From the NCBI GenBank assembly GCA_964016885.1, contig OZ024741.1:74710001-74774000 (forward strand): DNA of 64,000 nucleotides. Direction: 5' to 3'. Numbering within the stretch: the first letter of the stretch is position 1; every line of letters begins with the position of its first letter. Source of the DNA: Eledone cirrhosa. Its lineage: Eukaryota. Below, piece after piece: positions 12,143-22,765 of the stretch. The notes below the pieces were generated by a model that saw only the letters and a program-made list of their open reading frames with translations, ran no database searches and was not told the origin of the DNA. The position numbers were made by a program, and so were the translations under genes.

Positions 12143-13704
12143 AATAAACCTTTCAAGGATTTACACCAGTCCAGCCTCCTGTTATTTTATTTTATTTATA
12201 ATTAACTCAGTATTCGCACCACCAACTACTCAAACGAAGATGGGTGAACTGCACTGCGTTGAGTACTCTTCACAATATTACACCAGGATTGACCAGTTCT
12301 ATCCAGTGGTGAACCAACAAACCTAAAGAAATAATGCTCCAATAATGTTGAGCACTTCAAAATGAAATATTGAACAGTGGCACTGACTTCAGTGTACAGC
12401 TATTGCCAGCATGGGATTAACTGATCTACTCCCCATTCGGATTTTGGCTGCTCTGCGCCTTATCTACCGCCACCTGATGCTACTTCCTTGTCGGGATGAT
12501 TCTGATTCCGACAAACTCTATGTATTATACTAAAACATGTATTGTATGGACTGAATTCTCTACACTATACCTCAGGACTTTTTGTGACTCGCACTGAATT
12601 TGTGACCCGAACTTTACACTAGGTACAACCTGTTACCATTCCATCTCCTCCATCCTCTATATCTATATGTACAACCTGTATTATTTTACTACAATTTGAT
12701 CTATATTGATTCTTATTTACCTTTATTAATTTTTTGTATTATTTCATTAATGTATATTTTTTTATTATTTTATTATTTTTTTATTATTTTATTATTTTAT
12801 TAATGTATTTTTATCAATGTATTCTATCTTTATATTGGTATTTTATCTTTGTATGCTGCTTTTATTATTTTTTTGTAACTTTCCTTACTCAGGTCATTAT
12901 GCATCTTTCATAGCCCCCTACCCACCTAAGAACCACACTACTTATAACCCGGACTAACTGGGACTTGAAAATAATTCTGGTCTATTTGCACTTTTCATTG
13001 GGTTGCTACCTTCGACTTGTGTGGTGGCTTTTCCCGGCTGCGCGCTGGGCACTCGGAAAGTTCAGCCTTTCTTGAGTGCTTGGAAAAATAAATTTCTCCT
13101 CTTTCGGTAAACAAAATTACTCGGAGCGGCTTGCTTTGCCCCAGTCCCACCGCGCCACCTGTTTTGGCTGCCACATTATACTTATAAACTCCAGGCTTAG
13201 GCATAACTATTAGCTGTATCATGCCTCTACTGGCACGTAAATAAACTCCTAATGTGTGATTTAATAGTATTCGTTTGGTATAGACGATGGCCTGTCGAAA
13301 TTGTGGAGTTCCCGCTAGCGCTCCCGGGGCCTAAGGTAGCTACATTCCTAGAGTACTCGGAAAAATTAATTTACATTTCTTTCACTGGACGATACCACTC
13401 GAGACTGGCTGACTCATGGTGGGGGTTGCTGGCTGCGACCCCCAATCGATATCTTTACTCTATATCCCATCTTAATATCTTATCGAGATAAATTTTTTCA
13501 TATAAGACTCTCTCCGTAAGTTCATTAAATAAATAAATCTCGCTACCTTAACCTTTAATTCTCTAATAACTTATTTTTCAATTTATCACTTTGCAATTTA
13601 ATATTTTTAATTTAATTTAATTTCATCCTATAACTCGCAACATAAGTTTAACGTTCGATAAAATAAAGTTTAACGTGTGTATGTATGTATATATATATAT
13701 ATAT

Positions 13705-14255
13705 GCCAAGGTTAACTTTGCTTTTCATCCGTACGGGGTCGATAAAATAAAGTACCAGTAATGCACTGGCTATTTGCTGGCCTTGTGCCCAAAGTAGAAA
13801 CAATTATTATTATTTGGCAGTATTGGTTGAGGGTCGGACGCCATGCTTTGCAGCATAGAGTTACAGTCCTTTATGGTCTGAGTTCAAATCCCACTGAGGT
13901 TAACTTTGCCTTTCATCCTTACGAGGTCGATAAAAAAAAGCACCAGTAATGTACTGGGGTCGATTTAATTGACTCTCCCTCCCCCAAATTACTGGCCTTG
14001 TGCGTATATAAGAAACCATTATTTTAAAGGGTGGTGGATTGGCAGTATCAGTAGAGTGCCGGACACTATGATTCGCGGCATAGAGTTATGTCCCTTTACG
14101 TTCTGAGTTCAAATCCTGCCGAGGTTAACTTTGCCTTTCATCCTTATGGGGTCGATAAAATAAAGCACCAGTAATGTACTGGGGTCGATTTAATCGACTT
14201 TCCCCTGCTCCCAAATTACTGGCCTTGTGCCTAAATCAGAAACCATTATTATTAT
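13705..14255 (+). mobile_element. Tandem cluster of three MetaSINE-like SINEs
   Basis: Three repeats of GTTAACTTTGCYTTTCATCC..GGTCGATAAAA with ATT tails. Confidence 0.8.
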
Positions 14256-14379
14256 TACTATTATTTTTATATACGCTTGTTCTTTAATATTCCTAAATAA
14301 CGAAAAACTCACAGAGAGAGTATATAAAAGAGAAAAATGACTAATCAACACATTTACAACAAACGAAATTGATCAGAGA

Positions 14380-16340
14380 ATGAAATCAACCTCCCCATAA
14401 ATTCATGGTTTAGTCTCTTCCAAACTGAAAATATCAATGCTTCATGTCAGAATCATATTGCTGAAAAACAGCCCAAATGTTCAATATGCAGTTGGTGCAG
14501 CAGATATGAATGAAACTTAAACATATTGAGGTCTCATTCTAATTAATCCAGAGTCACTTTGAAAAACTTCACCATATTTTTCTCCAAATATTGGTCAAGC
14601 GAATTAACAACAGCCACCAACAAGAATTACAACAGGAAGAACCATTCCAAATTTAAACACATTAGAAGATTTACTGAATGACACTGTGATCAGCCCCTCA
14701 CCTTCAGATTCCCATTCACCAAAGCAACCACTACAATTGCCATCACCATTATCTTCTACTGATACTACTATTAACATTTCTACCACCTTGACTAATACTA
14801 AACCACTGCTTCCTTCCTCTACATCTCAACCTCAAACCTACAGTGCTAAAAGAAATCTGTCAAAATATATGAAGCAGCATGCGACCCTCACAGCACAAAC
14901 ATGAAACCTCAAAATATGCAGCTGCTCACGCATTGACATGGAACGAGACACAATTCACATCAACACTCCCAGCCAAAGTCAAAACACACATGCCACAACA
15001 ACATCAACAGCACCAATTACTAAATCAAATGCTAAAACACGCTTAACGCAGAATCTTAAAATCTATCAGTATTCCCTACGCTAAATACATCTGCAGAATG
15101 ACTGACCCTTCGTTCATCTTCCAGGGATTCGATGCACAAATAGAAATTGGGCTGCAAGCCAACATCTAACCAGAGTAAAATCATCCCGTGCAGCAGTACT
15201 GCTGGTCCAGACTTTTCATGAAGGTACAAAACACAACCCAAAGTGGAAACTATAGCCTTATCTGACAGTGCAATGAAACCTCCAATCAGCTACTGCTCTC
15301 TAAACAAGAAAACTCTTTTTTAGCCATGATGAAACAGGCCATAGAATTACAAAAAACGTTTTCTAGCTATCACACAACACCAATCTCTGCTATTACCTCA
15401 GTGCACCAACTCCCTCCATTGCTGTCACTAATAAGAAAACAAAACAAACCCTTGAAACAGTCAAAACCAGTCACTACTCTAGCCTCAACATTTCTACACA
15501 ATGTACAAGGTGTCAGCCCTTCCATCAATACACAAAAATAAAATATCAAATTCATTGAGGATTGGGTCGACAACCATCAGTATCATATCACTTTCTTCCT
15601 CCTAACTGAGACCCATCTCGACAAAGATGAGGAATTTTATAACAATCTGTCTGGTTCATGTCAGCAGAAGGAAGGGAGGAAATGCCATTTTCCTGCATGG
15701 CAGACAGAAATATATTCTCCAATGGCTACTGTGAATCAGTCACTGTGTACAACAAAGCTAATGATTTGATAGTAGTTGGGCTCTATAGGCCACCCCAACC
15801 CCCCATACTGTGCTTCAATTATAAACAGTGCCATTCTGGTAACATACTAATGATAGGAGACTTCAATCTACCCTTTGTTGGTTTGCCTACAACCAGTTTG
15901 AAACCAAGTACTTCCACCGGAACTGCTGACAAAGTAGCAGTAGAGTCACTTCGTAATTTTATGGATACGTTTTCCTGATCCAACTTGTCCTTGCACCAAC
16001 AAGATATCAGAAAAACATTGTGGACCTAGTGTTTAGTAACAACACTAACATTATGCAAAATGGAAAAAGCCCTTCTCTCAAATCATGATACAGTTCTCTA
16101 TAACCTAAGATTCCACCAGCTGAAAGCTGACTTCTTTCCATCTCATTTGATAATATGGATATTCATAATGCCAACTTAGGTGCAATCCCTAACAATCTTT
16201 CACATACAGACACATCTCCACCAACGTCGAAACATCTCTACCAATGTCAAAACATCCTGGCAGATATTTGTACACAGTTACAAACATGTGCTGTGCAAAA
16301 CATACCTCATCAAGATCTGTGAACAAAACTAAGTGCATAT
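14380..16340 (+). pseudogene. Degenerate CR1/L2-type LINE 5' part (ORF1 remnant plus AP endonuclease)
   Basis: Motifs LTETHLD, VVGLYRPP, MIGDFNLP, PTR..VDLVFSN, with a Cys-rich upstream stretch. Many stops. Confidence 0.6.
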
Positions 16341-17569
16341 ACTGAGTATATTCATTGTGTAGATTACCAACACTGGGGAGATTGTCATATCTTTGACACA
16401 ACTGAAGGATTCTCTCAATCCTTTGTTTGGCAAGGTTTCTATAGCTGTGAGCCTTGCTTATTAACTGCTGTACTGCATGTACTGGGTACATTTATCATGT
16501 AGATTACCAACACTAGAAAGGTTTTTGAGCCGTTGACATAATCAAAATATCCTCTCAACCCTTTTTGGCATGGTGCCTACAGTAGGGTGCCCTCTTATAA
16601 CCAAATACCTTACAGTGTGTACTGGGTGCATTTTCACAGCACCAGCACTAGAACAGTTGTTGCTCATTGTCCTCACTGGTCTATAGAGTGTGGGTGAAGA
16701 AGATAGAAAAGTATGACTTTATGTGTGTATGCCCTGAGTAGTGAGATTTTATAGAGTGATGAGTAGGAAGGAAGAGGTGACTTCTGGTATTGCAGGGTGA
16801 GTAGTCACAGATGTGTCAGGATTTTAGAAGAGGGATATAGTGATGGTGAGAATAACTAAGGAGTGATAATAGTGGCGCCATGCAGAAGGATACAGAGAGT
16901 AGTTACTAAGGTGTGATAATAAGGATAGCTCCTAAAGTGTGATAGTGAGGATAGCTACTAAGGTAGTGATGGTGAGAATAGCTAACATCTATTTTATGAA
17001 TTTTTGTGATAAACATTGAACATGTACTGAATTAAGGATTCATATATTGTATATAGGAGTCAACAGCTGTGATTGGAAGCCAGCTGTGACTGAGCCACAT
17101 TTAGTGATCTCATTGAGAGCAACATATGAAGAAAGCAACCAGCATAGAGGCAGCAGGACAGCAGGTGAATATAGCTATAAAACGACATGAATTATCAATA
17201 AAATATTTAACATTACTTTCTTGAAACAGTACCATAATTAGGTATGTGTGTGTAAAGTCATATGGCTTTGAGGTTAAGATGCTGGGCTCATGATTGTAAG
17301 ATCAAGAGTTCAACTCTCAGATCGAGTGGCACCTTGTGTCCTTGAATATGACACTTTATTTCATAATGCTCCAGTCCACTTAATTGGAAATAATGAGCTT
17401 GACATCAAGCTGTATTGTTATTTGCCTTTCCCTTTGACAATGTTAGTGAAAATGGAGAAATTTTCATGTATGAATGACTGCTGGTCTTCCACAAAACAAC
17501 CTGCCAAGAGTTGTGCCATGAATGAGCAAACCCATGGTCAGTTATGACCAAAGGAGATGCTTTTGTTTG

Positions 17570-17604
<35 letters not shown>

Positions 17605-18415
17605 CTTGAGATGGTACATGCAAATAAGTGAAGGGTAGCATTCAATCTAATTAAAAACCTTGTTTTATCAATGAAAATAGAAGTACAATTAAAAAAATAA
17701 AAATAACAATGCATTTAAATATTCTTTATCATATTTTTCTATTTCTTTTTTAGACTAAATTAAGATATGAGTGTTTTGAGAGTCATGGATATATTTTGCA
17801 AGATCAAATAGTTGTTTTCCATTGTTACACTATACAATTTTAATTAATATATATATATCTCAATTAACTAATTATGTTTACAAAGAATGATGTGATGCCT
17901 TACATCTGCATCCTTTTTAAAATATCGACAATAAATAGATTACCTATAATGATGCATTTTAGAAAAGTGTTGTTCGCTGATAGGTTGTTTGCATTTAAAT
18001 ATATATAAGTAAAGAAACTAACAATGTAAAACATGTTATATGTATACATTATATATGTGTGTATGTATGTATATATATATAAATATTTATACAGGATGTC
18101 CCCCCAAAATGTATACATAAATTTATAATAATATATGTAGAAATAAACACAGTAAATTGTGTGTCTAAAATTACGAGGGTTGAAATACCACATTGGTATT
18201 ATTATATAATTGTTTCTACTTTTGGCACAAGGCCAGCAATTACCCAGTGCATTAATAATAAAATAATAATAATGAAATTATTGTGTAAAGTGCTCAGGTG
18301 CACTACAACTCGTTAAAGGTGCATGTATAGTACAAAAAATAATACACAAATGTCAGGGAAGTGAATAGTGTATGAGTCATGATATACATGTGTGCGTGTG
18401 TATGGAGGGGGAACA

Positions 18416-19813
18416 TTAGGTGTAGTGTTGACTAATCTCGGGAAGCATGGTGGCCTTAAAGGATGCAGTGTCTCGACAGCTAACAACCGATGCAGGTAGT
18501 TTGCTCCATGCTTCAGCAACTCTGAACGTGAAAAAATGTTTCCGAAAGTCATGGGAACTGTACTGTTTTCTGACTTTGTGGGCATGCCCACGTGTGTTAG
18601 ACACATGGAAATCAAAAAGGTACTCAGGGTTGTTGTTGGCAAGATGGTTAACAATTTTGTGGGTGTTTACCAAGTCAGTTGCCAGGCATCGGAGCTTCAA
18701 TGTATCCATGCCCAGGGAAGCAAGGCGCTCAGAGTATGGTAGATGCCTGATGGAGGGTATTCGCTTGGTTGCATGTCTCTGAACAGTTTCCAGGTGGTCA
18801 ATGTTTTGAGCAAGATAGGGGTTCCAGACTGGTGATGCAAATTCTAAGTGTGGCCGCACCATAGCCATGTACAGCTTTAAATAGATAGCTGGAGAGCGGC
18901 TGACAAAGGTCTTGCTGAGTGATGCTAAGACACCCTCGGCCCTCTTGACAATTTTAGAGACGTGCTTCGTCCAACGCAAATCGCTGCTGACCGTAATGCC
19001 CAGGTCACATTCACAAGAAGACATCTTGATATTAGTGCTGTGGAGGGAGTATGTGGACGCTGGGTTTTTACTCCCAAAATGCATGGTGGTGCAATTGTCC
19101 ACAGCTAGCTTGAGTTGCCAGTCTGAGATCCATTGTTGCATTGTGTCCAGGTCAGACTGCAAGCAAAATCTATAGTGTTCAGGATCTGTCCTTTTTATCT
19201 CAAGGTACAGCTTGATGACATCTGCATACTTTAGTACTGTGGCAGTCTTTAAGTTGGCATCTATGTCATTAATATATGCCACAAACAAAAGGGGGCAAAG
19301 AACAGATCCCTGTGGTACACCTGATGACATCTCATATGGTGAGGAATGCTGTCCCAGAACCGTGACAACCTCTCTTTGACTGAGAATGAAGGACTTCAAC
19401 CAGTTAAAAAGATCATCCTTCACACCCATTGCAGAGAGTTTTGCCATAAGCCTTTTGTGTAGCACAGAATTGAAAGCTTTCACAAAGTCAAGGTAAACAA
19501 CATCCACCCATGAGCCGCCATCAGTGATCCGAGTGATGTCTTCAAGAAACTCAATAAGTTGATCACAACAGCTGGAGTTGGGGATAAATCCAAATTGCGA
19601 GGGCCGGATAAGACTGTGAGAGTTCCAGAAGTTCCAAAGTGTTTCTCTGACACAGGATTCCATCAGTTTAGCAATGCAACTAGTAAGACTGACTGGACGA
19701 TAGTTCACAGGTGATGTGCGGTCACCCTTTTTGAACAGAGGAATGACACTGGCAGTTTTCCACTGTTCTGGAGTAGCACCGTTGTTCCGACAGAATTGGA
19801 AGAAGCGTGACAA
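18416..19813 (-). pseudogene. CR1-type LINE reverse transcriptase (5'-truncated)
   Basis: 465-aa frame with NYRPVSLTS, QFGF, YLDFVKAFNSV, SGVPQGSVL, YADV (catalytic YADD altered), VRPHLEFASPVWNP. (TTA)n tail near 18255. Confidence 0.9.
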
Positions 19814-19949
19814 CTGGTGCAGAAGGAAGTACCCACCACGTTTAAGAAGCAGGTACGTAACACCATCAAGACCAGGAGAGGCATGGTTGCGTTTATTATT
19901 ACTGCTACTTTATTTTATCGACCCTGTAAGGATGAAAGGTATTATTATA

Positions 19950-20141
19950 TAATTGTTTCTACTTTAGGCACAAGGCCAACAATTACCCAGTGCATTACTG
20001 GTACTTTATTTTATCGACCCCGTAAGGATGAAAGGCAAAGTCAACCTCGGCGGGATTTGAACTCAGATCGTAAAGGGACGTAACTATGCTGGAAAGCATG
20101 GCGTCCGACTCTCTACCGATACTGCCAATCCACCGCACTTA
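19950..20141 (-). mobile_element. tRNA-derived SINE with TSD
   Basis: Full-length copy flanked by GGTATTATTATATAAT at 19938 and 20142. The same 16-mer also occurs at 18195. Confidence 0.8.
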
Positions 20142-20144
20142 GGT

Positions 20145-20694
20145 ATTATTATATAATGCTAAGTATTTATACTTTGAGCTTGTTAATTGCAGCGTATCAA
20201 TATGAGTTAGTAACTCTGTATTTTATTTGTATTTCGGCTCCCTAATAAGGTGAGCTTATAAGTTGGGTGTATTAAGGCTATTATTTTTAGCATATCCACT
20301 CACACCACTTCTAACGTCCAGCGCACGAGGTGAGATATTCATTCGTGTCGCTTTTAGTTGTATGCGTTTGTTCCATTTGATCTTATCTCTCGCTGAGGAA
20401 AGCCTACGGATTATCTGTTACAAACACAATTTTCAGGGTGAAACAGATTAAATCTCTAATCTGTCCAAGAGATGAAATAGTTATTGAGACAGTTTGTATA
20501 TATATTCTATATCTCCCGTTTGCTTCAGGTTAAATTTATCAAACCAATGTGGTATTTCAAGCCTCGTAATTTTAGACACACAATTTACTGTGTTTATTTC
20601 TACATACATTATTATATAATGCTCAGTATTTATACTTTGAGCTTGTTAATTGCAGGGTATCAATATGAGTTAGTAACTCTGTATTTTATTTGTA
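20145..20694 (+). mobile_element. Retrozyme-like 463-bp unit with 87-bp direct terminal repeats
   Basis: 20145-20231 matches 20608-20694. 20544-20616 occurs inverted at 18124-18196. Internal hammerhead, no meaningful ORF. Confidence 0.75.
20385..20473 (+). ncRNA. Canonical type I hammerhead ribozyme, GUC site
   Basis: atctctcg-CTGAGGA-a-agcct...agggt-GAAA-cagatta(aatctc)taatctg-TC-caagagat. Perfect 8-bp stem III, 7/8-bp stem I. Confidence 0.88.
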
Positions 20695-20778
20695 CATATA
20701 TTTATAAGAATGTTGTTGAAGTGTGTATACATTTTTTGAGACACCCTGTGTGTGTGTGTATACATATATATATATATA

Positions 20779-21665
20779 CAGTCGAGTTCGCTTAAGAGAA
20801 TATCGGATAAGAGTATAGGCCACTTAAGAATTTATGTACTATGTTTTGTACAGTGCATGGGTCTGCTTAAGAGTATATCAGATAAGAGTATAGTTTGCAT
20901 AAGAGTATAGCATAATCAATTCCCGTTTATATATTTTCTATATAATTTAGTCCGAATAAGAGTATAATTGAATACGGTAAAGTTAATTGGGCTTATAATG
21001 TAACATAACCATTTTAAAACAATTCAAAATGAAATGCGATGATGTCATTTATACAACCATTCTAAAAGCAATTTAAAGTTTAATATATGCAAATACAAAA
21101 ATAATAATTCATTGTCATAAAAATGTCTTTGAAACGCTCTGCTTTATCCATTACTCAAATGTTAGTATGTATTATTTTTATATTTATATGAATGTGCATA
21201 GGTACCTAACATAACTTCAATCATTTATCAATATTTTAGATCTCTGGAAAAGAAGGAACAAATGCTTTGTTGACTGTACTGTCCTATATGATGCAATCGG
21301 TTGAAAATTTTGAAAATTATACTCTGTCTGAGATCGAGGAATTGATTGAAAAAAAATTGCGAGCAATTGAGTGCAAAAAAGCATTTTGGACTATTTTTAG
21401 GAAACAAAAATTGCATGCCAATATGTTGAAATATTGCTTAATTTATCTATAATTTGCAATAATTCTTGTTGAATTTTTTGGTGTAACTTTCATTTGTTTT
21501 ACTTATAAATGCATTTTAAACGATAATAATGCGATTTTTAATCATTGAAAGACTCAAAATAATAATACTATGGAATATTTTTACTTAGTCCGGATAAGGG
21601 TATAGTCCGGTTAAGAGTATACTATTTTCCATTCCCGAGGGTATACTCTTAAGCAGACTCGACTG
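20779..21665 (+). mobile_element. Internally deleted pogo/Tigger element
   Basis: TIRs TA|CAGTCGAGTTCGCTTAAGAG and CTCTTAAGCAGACTCGACTG|TA, subterminal GATAAGAGTATA repeats, N-terminal MSLKRSALSITQ (21123) and C-terminal QKSILDYF* (21374-21400). Confidence 0.8.
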
Positions 21666-22505
21666 TATATATATTATACACATACACACAGTTCAAGAAT
21701 GAACAAGACTAACACATAGATGCAAAAACACAAAGTCTTATGAATTATCGAGGAACTGGTGATTTAAAATTTGAAAATGTTGGTATCCCAAATGCAGAAA
21801 TTAACTGGAACCACGCTTGATTACCATAAATAATAACATAGAAAATCAATTAAAATATCTTTATTAACAGATGAAAGTAACCAGCAGCCACTACAGAGGA
21901 TTGAACTTTGTATCTCTTGAATACCCTGTGAATGCATTAACCATTATAAGGGGCAGCTGACCACCCATTTAATCTAAATTAAAGTGCTACACTAAACAGC
22001 TTGCAGTTAAAACTGGAAGTAAATAAATCTTATGAATCATTAAAGCACTGAGTGATCTAAAATTTTAAAATGTGCGAATCCCAAATGCAGAAAATAACTG
22101 TAACAATAGTCAATTGCTATAAATAATAACTTAGAAAACTGGTTAAAAATACCCCTACAATTGGGAAACATAGCCAGCAGCAGCTGCAGAGTATCTAACT
22201 CTGTATCTCTTGTATACATTTGTAATATACGCATATGGTATTTGAGAGATATAGGGTTTTATACTTAGTAGTGGCATTCAGCCACAGAAATCTTGCTCTC
22301 ACTATAGACTATAAAGTGGTTGGAGATAGAAAGGGCATCCAACAGTAGAAACCAAGCCAAGATAAAGCATATGAGCAGGACCTTGTCACCTGACTGCTCT
22401 GGCCCCAGTATGCGACAGCCGTCTAACACATGCAAGACTGGAAAACAGATGTTAAACAGTGATGATGATGATGATATATGCCAGCATGGAAGAACGGATG
22501 TTAAA

Positions 22506-22765
22506 TAATTGTTTCTACTTTTGGCACAAGGCTAGCAATTACCCAGTGCATTACTGGTACTTTATTTCATTGACCTTGTAAGGATGAAAGGCAAAGTTAA
22601 CCTTGGCGGGATTTGAACTCAGAATGAAAAGGGCCGTAACTCTATGCGTCAAAGCAATAATTGTTTCTACTTTTGGCACAAGGCCAGCAATTACTGGTAC
22701 TTTATTTTATCGACCCCGTAAGGATGAAAGGCAAAGTTAACCTTGGCGGGATTTGAACAAAGCAA
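22506..22765 (-). mobile_element. Two tandem partial MetaSINE-like SINEs
   Basis: Repeated TTGTTTCTACTTTTGGCACAAGG...GGATGAAAGGCAAAGTTAACC. Confidence 0.75.

Larger units (their letters stand above)
7904..13656. mobile_element. Non-coding ~1.9-kb hammerhead-bearing PLE-type element: inverted copy plus partial tandem
   Basis: 7904-9730 is the reverse complement of 9731-10465 + 11708-12328 and of 12421-13656. (TA)n flanks both ends. No long ORF. Confidence 0.8.
18092..20748. mobile_element. Tc1/mariner-type MITE split by nested insertions
   Basis: TIRs TA|CAGGATGTCCCCCCAAAATGTATACA and TGTATACATTTTTTGAGACACCCTG. Uninterrupted relative at 56458-56556. Confidence 0.7.
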
